DNA of 62,953 bases, the filler included. It is 4 parts of 4 records of this genome, joined end to end, with 100 filler letters (N's around TTAATTAATTAA, not from the genome) between each part and the next. Parts side by side here need not be neighbours in the genome. Positions count along the whole stretch, not along the records: positions 25,848 to 36,099 come from SRR20825019_2639; positions 36,200 to 49,361 come from SRR20825019_2643; 2 more parts are not named here. One strand, 5' to 3'. Shown here piece by piece: positions 32,975 through 44,421 of the stretch; within the stretch, counting starts at the first letter, position 1, and the number at the start of each line of letters is the position of its first letter. The position numbers were made by a program, and so were the translations under genes. The notes below the pieces were generated by a model. It was not told the origin of the DNA. It was given only the letters and a program-made list of their open reading frames with translations, and ran no database searches.

Positions 32975-33003
32975 ATATGGGTCAGACGAGCAAAAGGTTC
33001 AAG
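32975..33003 (-). promoter_or_regulatory. RpoH (sigma-32)-type promoter of ibpA
   Basis: Minus strand CTTGAA-N16-CCCATAT immediately upstream of the ROSE leader. Confidence 0.7.
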
Positions 33004-33005
33004 TC

Positions 33006-33851
33006 ATGTCCCAGACCGTCGCCATCGTCACGCCGGCCTACAAGGCGCAATCCACCCTGACCACCACGGTCAGGAGTGTCATCGAACAGACCCATGCCGA
33101 TTGGCAACACTGGATCGTGGCCGATGACGGTTTCGATTATGGCACTTTTCTCGATGAACAGGGGCTGAATGATCCGCGCCAGGTGTTTCTGAGCAGTGGC
33201 GGCGTGGGCCGGGGCGCCTCGGTGACCCGCAATGTGGCGCTCGAGAAGATCGACGCGCCCTTTGCCGCCATTCTCGACGCCGATGACCGGCTGAAGCCGG
33301 GCAAGCTCGAACAGGCGGTGGAAATGCTCGACCGGCATGGCATCGTCACCACGGCGCTTGATGTGATGAGCGAGGATTTCCGGCACTTGCGTCATGTCGG
33401 CGCTGGCCCGGATCGGGTGCTGAGCCCCGGCGAACACAAATGGGTGAGCCTTTCGATGGACGCCATGGTGGTGTGGGACCGGCGGCGCGGCGACGGGCGG
33501 TTCGATCCGGACATGAGCAATATGACCGATCTCGAATTTCTGCTGCAGCTCTATTCGAGCAATCCGCAGAGCTATCATCTGGGCACGCCGCTGCACGATT
33601 ACATCAAGCGCGATGGCTCGATGAGCAATGCCAGGGATGTTACCGCGGGGATGATCGCGTCCAAGCGCGAGATCATCAACCGGCTGGAGGCCGGGCGCTA
33701 TGGCCTGAGCGAACAGGATGTTGCCGGACTGGTGGGGTTTCTCACGATCTCGATCCAGGCCGAGGCGGCGTATGGCGCGGCCACGGCGGCGCGGCCGGGA
33801 CTGCTGTTCGAGGATCATATCGAGCCGATGCTGATCGCAGCACGGGGCTGA
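33006..33851 (+). CDS. Glycosyltransferase family 2 protein
   Basis: VAIVTPAY, WIVADDG, GASVTRNVAL and AILDADD (DxD). Confidence 0.88.
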   Translation: MSQTVAIVTPAYKAQSTLTTTVRSVIEQTHADWQHWIVADDGFDYGTFLDEQGLNDPRQVFLSSGGVGRGASVTRNVALEKIDAPFAAILDADDRLKPGKLEQAVEMLDRHGIVTTALDVMSEDFRHLRHVGAGPDRVLSPGEHKWVSLSMDAMVVWDRRRGDGRFDPDMSNMTDLEFLLQLYSSNPQSYHLGTPLHDYIKRDGSMSNARDVTAGMIASKREIINRLEAGRYGLSEQDVAGLVGFLTISIQAEAAYGAATAARPGLLFEDHIEPMLIAARG

Positions 33852-33931
33852 CAACCGGGCCGAACAATGAGCAACCGTGTCGAAGCCGGTGATAATTGTT
33901 CGTCGATGAACGGACAGCAAGGGAGATACGG

Positions 33932-34513
33932 ATGGATAAGCAGACCGATATTCTCAAGACGGATGGCATTATCTGGCATACGGCGATCAGCCTTGATGGC
34001 TTTGCCGCCGATGTAGATGACAGCCTGATGTTCATGATGGGCGAAGGCGAAGAGGCCGGGCCGCCGCCGGACAATCCGCTGGTCGAGCTGGTCATGGCCA
34101 ATGTCGGCTGCACGCTGGGCGGGCGGCGTGGCTATGACCTGTGCCAGGGCTGGGACGAGATTCCCAAGGCCTATGGACTCGACGACATTCCCGAATATGT
34201 GGTGACGCGGCGGCCCTTTCCGGACGATCCGCGCTTTTTCTGGGCCGATGGCCATGACCTGCCGGGCGCCGTGGCCAAGGCGAGGGCAAAGGCCAATGGC
34301 AGAATGGTGGTCATTCTCGGGCCGACCTTGGGATCGGCCATGCTGCGGGCTGGCCTGGTCGACCAGATCTTCCTGCAGGTCGCGCCGGTGATGATCGGCG
34401 CAGGCGTCAAGATCTTTGCCGATACGGGCGGGCCACCGGTCGATCTGACGCTCATTCATTCCAGCCGGGCGGGCCAGGGCATCAACCTGGTTTATGAGCC
34501 GAAGCGGAAATAG
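33932..34513 (+). CDS. Dihydrofolate reductase/RibD C-terminal family protein
   Basis: ISLDGF, GRRGYD, LRAGLVDQIFLQVAPVMIGAGVKIF. Confidence 0.85.
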   Translation: MDKQTDILKTDGIIWHTAISLDGFAADVDDSLMFMMGEGEEAGPPPDNPLVELVMANVGCTLGGRRGYDLCQGWDEIPKAYGLDDIPEYVVTRRPFPDDPRFFWADGHDLPGAVAKARAKANGRMVVILGPTLGSAMLRAGLVDQIFLQVAPVMIGAGVKIFADTGGPPVDLTLIHSSRAGQGINLVYEPKRK

Positions 34514-34651
34514 CGCAGAGGCCTTGCCACTCCCGCCTTTTCCCCTTATGAAGCGCCATCTTCGGACCGCCCGGCCAAAAGGCATGCCGTGGCGGTCTTT
34601 GAATGCGATGGGCCTCAAATCCATCCAAAATACTCTAAAGGACCAAGCAAA

Positions 34652-34852
34652 ATGCCCAAAATGAAGACCAAGTCCGGCGCCAAGAAGCGGTTCAGCTTCA
34701 CCGCCACGGGCAAGGTGAAGTCCGGCGTCGCCGGCAAGCGCCACCGCCTGATCAGCCACAACGCAAAGTACATCCGCACCAACCGCGGCACCAAGATCCT
34801 GTCCAAGGGCGACGAGGGTCTGGTGAAGTGGTACATGCCGTACAATCGCTAA
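34652..34852 (+). CDS. rpmI: 50S ribosomal protein L35
   Basis: [23 protein letters not shown]. Confidence 0.98.
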   Translation: MPKMKTKSGAKKRFSFTATGKVKSGVAGKRHRLISHNAKYIRTNRGTKILSKGDEGLVKWYMPYNR

Positions 34853-34872
34853 CGCTGAAAGGAAGCTGACAT

Positions 34873-35274
34873 ATGTCACGCGTAAAGAGAGGCGTTACCG
34901 CCCACGCTCGTCACAAGAAGGTCTTGAAGGCCGCCGAGGGCTATTATGGCCGTCGTAAATCCACGATCCGTATCGCCAAGCAGGCCGTCGAAAAGGCCGG
35001 CCAGTACGCCTATCGCGATCGTCGCGTCAAAAAGCGCAATTTCCGGGCTCTCTGGATCCAGCGCATCAACGCCGCTGTGCGCGATCACGGCCTGACCTAT
35101 GGCCGATTTATCGACGGCCTCAGCAAGGCCGAGATTGCTGTTGACCGCAAGGTGCTGTCCGATCTCGCGATCACCCAGCCCGAAGCGTTCGCAGCCCTGG
35201 TCGTCAAGGCCAAGGAAGCGCTGGCATATCTGGAAAGCGTGGATACCGTTACCCACGCCCGCGTCACCGCTTAA
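34873..35274 (+). CDS. rplT: 50S ribosomal protein L20
   Basis: [19 protein letters not shown]...[12 protein letters not shown]. Confidence 0.98.
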   Translation: MSRVKRGVTAHARHKKVLKAAEGYYGRRKSTIRIAKQAVEKAGQYAYRDRRVKKRNFRALWIQRINAAVRDHGLTYGRFIDGLSKAEIAVDRKVLSDLAITQPEAFAALVVKAKEALAYLESVDTVTHARVTA

Positions 35275-35304
35275 ATTCTCCCAGCACTGCTGAGGCTGAA
35301 AATT

Positions 35305-35350
35305 GCGCCTTGCGCCGCCCGGAAGGGCTGGCGCAGGGCGTTTTGTTTTG
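35305..35350 (+). terminator. Probable rho-independent terminator after rplT
   Basis: GCGCCTTGCGCC...GGCGCAGGGCGT stem followed by TTTTGTTTT. Confidence 0.7.
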
Positions 35351-35392
35351 GTCTAACACCGCCCGCAAGTCCGTCCGAATTCGAGAACAAAG

Positions 35393-36099
35393 ATGTCCCT
35401 GGAAGCCCAGATCGAAACCCTGCGCAGCGAACTGTCCACCGCCATTGCCGGCGCAGACAGCGAAGCGGCGCTCGACAATGTGCGCGTTTCGGCGCTGGGC
35501 AAGAAAGGCTCCGTCTCGGCCCTTTTGGCCACGCTGGGGGCGATGGCCCCGGACGAGCGCAAGACCGCCGGACCGGCGATCAATGGGCTCAAGGGCGAGA
35601 TTGCCGGGCTGATCGAAACGCGCAGCGCGGAACTGAAAGCTGCGGCACTCGAGGCGCGGCTCGCCGCCGAAACGGTCGACGTCACTCTGCCGCTCAAGCC
35701 CGCACCCACCGCGCGCGGCCGCATTCATCCGATTTCCCAGACCATCGACGAGATCACCGCGATCTTTTCGGACATGGGCTTCTCGATCGCCGAAGGGCCC
35801 GATATCGAAACCGACTATTTCAATTTCACCGCGCTCAACTTTCCCGAAGGCCACCCCGCGCGCGAAATGCACGACACTTTTTTCATGAAGCCCGGCCCCG
35901 ACGGGGTGAAGAAGGTTCTGCGCACCCACACCTCGCCGGTGCAGATGCGCGTCATGCAGAAAACCAATGAAAAGCCGGCTGCCGCCTATATCACCCCGGC
36001 CATGGATCCGCCGATCCGCGTAGTGATGCCCGGCCGCACCTATCGCAATGACAGTGACCAGACCCACACCCCGATGTTCCATCAGGTCGAAGGTCTGGT
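35393..36099 (+). CDS. pheS: Phenylalanyl-tRNA synthetase alpha subunit (truncated by contig end)
   Basis: [47 protein letters not shown]. Confidence 0.98.
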
Positions 36100-36199
36100 N
36101 NNNNNNNNNNNNNNNNNNNNNNNNNNNNNNNNNNNNNNNNNNNTTAATTAATTAANNNNNNNNNNNNNNNNNNNNNNNNNNNNNNNNNNNNNNNNNNNN
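36100..36199. other. Artificial contig spacer
   Basis: N-TTAATTAATTAA-N. Confidence 0.99.
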
Positions 36200-36345
36200 C
36201 CCCCCCCCCCCCCCCCCCCCGTCCGCCCCTCCCCCGCCGCCGGGGCGCGGCTCACCCGTGGGCCCGGGCCGCCGGGCCGCACAAGAAAGATGTCATAGAT
36301 AGCAAACTTTAATTTAACAATAAGCCAGTTGGCGCACCACTTGTG

Positions 36346-38222
36346 ATGCTCACTCTTGCAAAGGGTGCTGGCACATTTCTGTCTCGGGGTTTCCGAGGAG
36401 CTGGTTACCAGTCCCGACGCCTGGCCCACGTGACCGTAGGTGACGGGGGCGTCGTACACCTCTCCGCAGAACCGGGCGAAAAGTGAGTTTTTTTGAGTCG
36501 CCGTCGACGGTTAATTGCATCCTGACTTGTTGCAGGCGTGGTGTCGCACCTCTTTGGCCGTGCTCACTGGAGATATCGGCCGTCAGTAACGTTATCTCGG
36601 TGTCTGAGGTAAGACTTCGGTGGCGTCTGCCGAGTGCGTACACCATTGTCTTATAGATCCGCGGGCTCAGAGTGACGGCAATAGCGTTTTGTTGTTGACA
36701 AGCAACGAAGGTGATGTGTTGCCGATACCTTCCTCTGCGGATGGCTATGATCAGGTTGCATCGAGGTGGGTGACTGCCTCCTGTCGGGGAACTCTTTGAG
36801 TTGACCTTGGGGCGCCGCAATAGCGTGCGGGGCGCAGTGAATGGGCCCGTAGGAACCACGTGCTGGTATCAGTGGAGCGAGGGATCATTCAGCGATAGGT
36901 CGCACCTGGCGGGCGGGTCTGAGCCGTTGTTCTCTTGTCTTCTAGACAACTACTCGGTGCATTCGCTCGCCGCCATTGAGACGCTCACGTCCGGGTCAAG
37001 GAGCGCTTTAGCTCTGGAGGAGGTCTGTATTCATTTTTGGCGGTTACATTTATATGTTGACACCTTGCATACCTTCAGCTTGCGATGGTGCCAATGGTCG
37101 TTCCGAGGCTGCTGTCGAGTTACGAGGGTCGGGGTGGTTGTGACACGAGCTGGGTGGAGAGAGGCATTGCGTCCAGGGTGATATCCGCCCTGGCCAAGGA
37201 CGAGACCTGCGCCGTCCACGTGGCGACCCACGCTGCCGCGTTGATGAAAGCACTGGGGATTGCAATGGAGGACAACGCCGATCCTGAGAGGAAGCGGGCA
37301 CGTAATTTGGGTGGCGCACTGGCTAGCCTGCTGACGCGCGTGGACAGTCGTGATGTAAGCTGACAAAGTCGTCGCGAGATTGGGGTCGACTGGGCTGACG
37401 GGTCCTTGGCTTTCAGAGAATTCATGATAGCGATTGCCTTGGCATGGTCGTTGAAACTGCGGAGAAGATGTCGGGGGTAACGGGAGTTCCTCAGCTCACC
37501 ACCCTGGCTTGTGCATGCATCCTCGGTGCCGCGATGGACGTGCGGAACCACACGGGCTTGCTCACCGCTGGGGCGATGGACCTTACGGAAAAGTTGGCGG
37601 CCGCTCAGGTACGTCATGAGCCCGCATAAGAGTGCTGACGGAGTGCTGGGCCAACCGCATTTTGCAGGACGCCGGGACCCCAGAGCATCATATGCTTGCC
37701 CTTATTCTGCAACTGTTCTTCGAAAATCAAACAGATGAGGCGCAGGCGCTGCTAGGTGAATGCCATGGTGCCGTTACGGCGTGCTCTTCGTTTCTAACGA
37801 TGGTGGCAGATGGAGGGCAGGGGGTGAAATCATGTCGGGCGCTGGTCTCTAAGGCCCCTGGGGACATTCGCGTGCAAAAGTGGGCTTAGTTGCAATCGTG
37901 TGATGGACGGTCGTAGATCCATTGCTGACTCGTAATCGCAGGGCAACATCGAGTGTTCTGCTGAATCTATGCCTGGATGAGGGCAATGCGGACCCTGATA
38001 AGCTGTACGAAATGATTTTAGATAACACAGATCTGGACTATCTGATTCTTGGTGCGGTCTGACGTCTTGCGCTGTTGGTAATTTGCACTGATAGCAGACG
38101 CAGAGCTTCAAAGATCTCCAGACGTGGGGGTAAGGCAGGCGATTGCTACCGTCAAAGAGGTGTATGAGGCTCTTGCACGAGTCCATGCCCCGCTTTCAAC
38201 AGAGGACACTGATAAGTCCTGA
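36346..38222 (+). CDS. Multi-exon gene, helical (ARM-like) protein of unknown function, possible mitochondrial presequence; 5' exon phases uncertain
   Basis: ATG at 36346 gives MLTLAKGAGTFLSRGFRGAGYQSRRL. A series of short GT...AG introns separates open exons (LAMVPMVVPRLL..., ATSSVLLNLCLD...). Terminal TGA at 38220-38222. Confidence 0.5.
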
Positions 38223-38279
38223 AGATGTCCCGTTCTAGCTACCTTCGGGGCGCCACACATTACTGAACATTTGATACAT

Positions 38280-40841
38280 TTACTCATCAACTCCTTTATG
38301 GATGGGCATGGTAATTTCATCAACGGCGTCCATTGGGAAGGACCAGGTGTTGCCCCTAGTATTTTTAACCTGCAGCACCATTAGCATGCACCCGCGTCCC
38401 CACACACATCGGCAGCCCCACCAGCATCCAAATATATTTTTCAACATTGTCCTTGGTAAATCCACCTTCGGGAATGGGCAAGTCGGAATAACCGTAGCGG
38501 CGACCCGGTGTGCCTTCTGCCTTTGAGGAGACGGACCAGAAGATACCTTCAACAACAAAAGTGAATCCGGCACTGTCATCCTTGGGAACTACCCAGTAAT
38601 TCTGCGAGCATTCCCGTCAGCTGCCACCTCATTCCCCGATGCCCACTGCCACCCACCTTCTCGGTAACAGGGTTAACGTAATCTTCCTTGAATCTCACCA
38701 CAATCTTCTTGCCCTCGTAAGACTCCACGGCATCCGTAAACTCTTTCACGGCAAGGTCCATGTTCTCACCGGCCTCCATCTTCGCAAACACAGGGTTGAC
38801 GGGAGGTTGGGGCCTGCCCCGCTTCTCCTCGCGCTCCTTCTTCTCCTCGGGCAAAGGCCCATGTTGCCGCCTCATATTCTCCTCGACCTAAATCATATGA
38901 GCATGGCATCATCAAGCAAAATGCGACTACAAACATACAATTTCCTTGTTGCTCTTCCAGGCACAACATTCTTCCATAGGACTTCCTTCTTCATCCATTG
39001 CCTTGTAGCATCCCCATCGCTGTGTACAGTTAGCCCGACAGCACATCGCCTCATAAGCGAAAGCTCACTTTAGAGATCTCTCGGAGCGGGCGATCGGATC
39101 CCCCGACCCCAAAATACTTGTCACAATTTGAAGTGCACTTCCTAAAACAAAACATTTCAGTATGACAACCCATCACCGCCGCATAAGGTCCCACAACACC
39201 AGGAACACACACAAAACGGAGTGTTGGTTCAAGATATCGGCGTGCCAACTTACTTCACAGAGTCGTTGGAAAGCCTGCAATGGGTCTCATAACCTTCTGC
39301 CACATTGAATGTAGTCTTGCTACCCAGGTTCACGTGCATCTGGGAGCACTCCCCGTCCTTCCAATTGCAGGGCGCGCACTTGGCCTCACCTGGCCTAATG
39401 AACTGCTGCAAAAACATCTTGCTCTCTTCTGTGAAAACACCATTCTCGTCAACACCTTCAGGATCGGCCTTCCTCAAAAGCGCCTTAAATTTTGCTATAG
39501 TATTCTCGTCCTTCATGTCTCCAATATTAAATTCAACAGTGGATTTCCATATGCACCGCCCTCCAGGTTTGGCACCGTCGATGTCAAGACGCCTCGGCAG
39601 GGAACTGTCACCCTCTCGGTCGGATTCTTCGACCAAATTGACCTCGTGCTGGCCAGAATGCTACGGGTACAAATAAGTCCACCAGGCACGCGGGCCAGGG
39701 TAATATTCAAACCTGCAAGCATTCATGGGCCGTGGTGTACTGATTGCACTCCTCTGTGATATTATGAAGTCAGATATGCTCGGGCAGAGGAGGGACGGTC
39801 AAGGAGAGAAACGGCAACACATACCAAGCCATTGCGTATTAAACTCACTCTCCGTCTTAGGAGGTGTAAGGCCCTTAATGAAGCCGTTTGTATCCTTGTC
39901 GACAAGCCACCTCAACTGCCGGGAGATGAACCGTTAGCTGAGCAATAAGTATGTTACTCTGGCCTGGGTATGCCTACGTTGGTCATGGCACTGAACACAT
40001 CGTCGGGGGTTGAGATCAATACGTAGCCTCGCGAATTCGCTGGAGTGCTTGCTTGTCAAAAAACTACACTGAAATGAATATATATAGACAAATATACGCA
40101 CTTTGCTGAGCCCTCCCTTTGGAAAGATTCTCCCACCACTCCAACATTTTGTTGTACAATATGTCTAGTTTTTGGCTTGCTCCATAGTATTCAATTGGAC
40201 CAAGGGCCTTTCCATCCACAGCGGGCCCGAGTGCTTCCACAACTCTGCGCATGTTATCATAAATGCCTCCGTCTGTCATGTCCTTCACCAAGGATTGCTG
40301 AGCCATGCGCAGGGCGAAAAACAAAGCAGTCTTGTCGGTGGTCACGTCACAGTCCGTCGCCATGAACTTATCCAACTCTTCCTGAGTAAACCTGCCCAGG
40401 GCAGGCACATTTTCGAAAACAAAATCTGGGCCTGCAAAGTTGTGAGAAAACGTAGCTAACTCAGGTGACAGGTTGCTGACCCTCCCGTCCAAGAGCGAAA
40501 GGCCTTCCGATCCGTTGAAGCAGCACGCGATCTTCGTCATCCTCTGCATTAACCTCAACTCAATCTTCACACTCCATCAGATGTCCCGAGTCCTACGTAC
40601 CTTCGTCCGGGCTCTCAAGGATCCTGTGGCGCTCCCGCCACTCCTTCTGGCACTTGCTAATTGTTTTCTGAATAGGAAATCTGTAGTTAGCCCCATGCAT
40701 CGCAAATGTCAGGGTCATCGCCCTCTCGTTACTCACCTCCTTCTTTCGTTGCGCTTCTTCGGCCAACTCGTCGGCGCCGAGTGCCGCCACGGCCATCATG
40801 GCCACAAGAGCTATGGCCAGTATAGCACGCTGCGAGGCCAT
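38280..40841 (-). CDS. Multi-exon secreted protein of unknown function
   Basis: Signal peptide MASQRAILAIALVAMMAVAALGA. Minus-strand exon ORFs (40064-40570, 39250-39636, 38576-38875) are bounded by GT/AG sites. Last exon ends ...PIHKGVDE-stop. Confidence 0.55.
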
Positions 40842-41611
40842 CGTACAATCTGTAACACTGCCACATTTGCTTTGCCTCCACATATATGTTGGGCCGCGTG
40901 ACCGACGAATGCTACTTAGGCCTGCCTCTGGGTTCCGGCCACGAAGTTGCCGAGGCCCGGGAGGTCACGAGCTCGGAGGCGCCTGGGCTACGTCGCATCA
41001 TCATCCGGTCCTCTGCTTCTGGCTATTTTGGCCGTGCCAGCGCGCCCCAGCATGTGGTCATACCGCTGGTCAATGGGGGGGGCGGCTGCCGCCCGGCCGG
41101 CTGGCGGTCATTGCCATGCGGTCCCCGGGCTAAACTGACTGAACCCGGCCGCCCGGCCGGCCGGCGGCTGGCCGGTGAATGACCAGCACTGCCTCATGCC
41201 GGGATGAGGCGGCACGCGCCGATCCGTCTTCTGGAAAAACCTACGCACTTTGAGTCAATCATGCCGCCACCCTCGACTCTCTTTGATTTCTGGCGGGAAT
41301 GTGAACTATTAAGTGATATCAGCGATAGCAGGGCAAGGCAGGACTGACCCGGGCCCGCGGGCTGGGGCCGGCCGGCCCCGGCGGCGGGGCCGCGGCTCGG
41401 TCCCCGCCGAGCCCCGCCCCTCACTTTGCCCGTGCCCGGGCCCCCGCAGTCCCGGCGCGGCGCCGGGGCCCGCCTGCCGGGCCGGAGCCCAGGCTGTGCT
41501 GATAGGGGACCCTCCGCTGCCCGCTCCCCTGACTCAAAAAAATATATGTCACCGCGATGAAGCTGTGCACAAGGCCCTGGGGACTGAGTTGTGACGAGAC
41601 GGCTTGTGACG

Positions 41612-44388
41612 ATGGCAGCGGGCACGTCGGATATCTTATCTAGGCCTGCTAAGGACCTCTTCGCCCTTGACGTCCAGTCACTCTCGCTCACAAGTTATGA
41701 CCAGCTCCGTTCTCTCACCGCTCTCCTGAGTACGCGTTTGGGCCTTATGACTGAAGTCCCCACGGAAGGCTCGTCGGACTCGTGCCATAGTCTTTCAGCG
41801 GGGCCGACTGAGAACTGCCGTGTGGCATGGGGCGAACAACAAGAAGGTGCGCCAGCGCTTGGTGGAGATGGTAAGTGCGCCACGGTTAGTGCGGACCGAG
41901 CAGTGGAGATGGTGACAGGTCGCGACGTTATGGGGCTGCGGGGCGGCAGCGAGATTACGGTCGTGTCCGCGCGCGATGTAGACGCGGTAATTGACGGCAA
42001 CGCCATCGAAATAAGTTCTACTCTGGGCCCACCTCTCCTGGCCCATCGACTGGCCTTCCTCGAAAAGTTTCTTGACGGAGTGTCACACGGCGGTCAGCTA
42101 TATACGGACTGTACCATAAACTCCGATGGCGTGCGGAAGTGGAGCATCAAGCACGTGGTCGCACTACCCCACGATATCCTCCATCACATCGCATCGTTCC
42201 TCAAGGTAGCCGCAAGCACAATAATGACTCGCCGCTGCAGCGTCAGTGTGACTGACCATGGATTTTAGGTATCCGATGGTGTCCTTAATATGCGTCTCGT
42301 ATGTAAGGACTGGTGTGAGGCGCTGACGGAGTCAGGGGTGCGATTCTGGGGCAACATCATGGTAACGCCGGCGGTGGACACGTTCCCCTCGCAGGCATAT
42401 ACGATGATGAAAGCGGTCTTGAACGGCAGGTTTGCAAGCCGGGTGTATAACTACACGGGGAGGACTGTACACGGTGGGTCGGCCGGCGCATGTGGGCAAG
42501 GGGGAAATGCTGACGCGCCACGGCAGGGACGGGGCCGGAGGCGAGTGGCGATGATGAGATGGATCTGCTCACTCTCTGTCCAAACCTCCATTCGCTTACC
42601 CTGCGGCACGATGGGCACGGGCAGTTCAGCGGCGACGCGTGGGAAGTCGTTGGCGGCCGCATTCGGATGCTCTTCTCCCCGCCCAATCTTCAGGCAAACC
42701 TCCCCAGCGGAGTCTTACATCCATGCCGCAGTAAGCCGCCGGGCCAATGGCTCGTACCCCGCGGGGTCACCGCTAATACCACGTGTTTGTGCAGACCTCG
42801 AGTGCATCTCAATGCCGAACAGCAGCCTCACCGACCGTGCAATGGTCCATCTCTCAGCCTGTCAGGGCACCCTCAAGAAGGCGTGCCTTTCAGGCTGCAC
42901 GCGCATCACGGATGTTGGTCTCAAGGAGCTCGCAAAGTGAGGCGCTTATGAGACGTTCTTTCGTCTTCATTGATCATTTCTTTTTTTAGGTGCGGTAGGC
43001 TTGAAGTGCTTGATATAAGCAAGTGCCGTTCGATCACGGACCGGGGCATTGGGCACTTGTCGGACTGTCGGTCACTAAAGGAGCTGAACATTGAGGGTTG
43101 TTACAAGGTCAGCGATGTCGGGCTGGAGAGCCTGTCGTCATGCGTCTCACTAGAGGCAAGTATTCCTTGATTCAGTCATGGCCATTATATTCGCCAAACT
43201 AACACGTGTCCTTGCCAGGAATTGTACATTGAGGCGTCGCGCCCCTATTCTCTGAATCGCGATGTTGATGAGGTCCTGTCCGACAAGGGCCTGGCTCATT
43301 TAGTCAAATGTGACCGGCTCCACACACTCAGTCTGCAGTGGTATGTCCTCATTCACCGCCACACACCGCCATGTACACTGACGCCACGGCTGCTCAGGTG
43401 CGCGGCCGTGACGGACGATGGGCTCGCAGCATTGTCGCAATGCAAGAATCTGACGTCACTAAACCTCTACAACAGTGCTGGCAGTGTCACGGATCAGGTA
43501 AACGAACAAGCCACCCTCATGTCTTACGCCAAAACCGCCAAGTGTCTTGTTCTGATCAGTGCCTTGCTTTAGGGGGTATGCATTCTTGCTGAGGGATGCG
43601 CCGAGCTCAAGCTTCTAAACATGAGCGGGTGAGTCAGGTCTATTCCTACCATTGGAGAGGTCTGATGTCATTGGCTGCAGATGCGTCAATCTCACGGACA
43701 TGGGCGTTTCTCGGCTCGCGGCTTGCTGTAGCCGGCTAGTTAGCCTCAATCTCTCATTCTGTCCACTTCTTGGCGATATTGGTGTACAGGTAGCCGCGCG
43801 GGTGTTGGTGCGATGGTGCCGCTAATCATTACCCCCTTCTGCCAGGCTATCGCGACGTGCACGAATCTTGAATCGTTGAGCTTCTCCGACTGTGAGGTTA
43901 CTGACTCCGCGCTTGAGTCATTCCGGCTTCTGACTCGCCTGACCAACCTCCACATTTCCAAGTGCAAGCATATTACGGACCGCGGCATCGGCTGCCTCGG
44001 TAAGTTAGCCCCAAGGCACGTACGTGAACGTACCGTCTAATTCATTACGACAGCGGACATGGTTGCTTTGAAGACATTGAGGCTGTTGTGGTTGCAGCAT
44101 GTCACGGCGAATGGCCTCGCCGTCCTCGCCAGTTGCCGCACACTTCGGACACTCACGCTTCTGGGGTGCAGGTGATATCATGTCTGTGGTGTATGTGGAG
44201 CCGGGCAGTGTTGACGCTTCACCGATCAATGCAGCCAGCTCACCGATTACGGGCTCGTCCACCTCACCAAGCTGACACAACTTCAGTCTCTGAACCTTTC
44301 GTACAGCACCCAGCTCTCGGAGGGCGCTGTGAACCAGCTGTGCCGGGCCATGCCGCAAGTGGACATCGAATGCAAAAAGGCAATGTGA
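41612..44388 (+). CDS. F-box/leucine-rich repeat protein (FBXL/AMN1-like), many short introns
   Basis: F-box LPHDILHHIASFL...MRLVCKDW. Repeated LxxLxIxxCxxITDxGL LRR_CC units across exons. Stop TGA at 44386-44388. Confidence 0.82.
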
Positions 44389-44421
44389 TGGCGGTACAAT
44401 GATGCTTTAATATTATGCACC

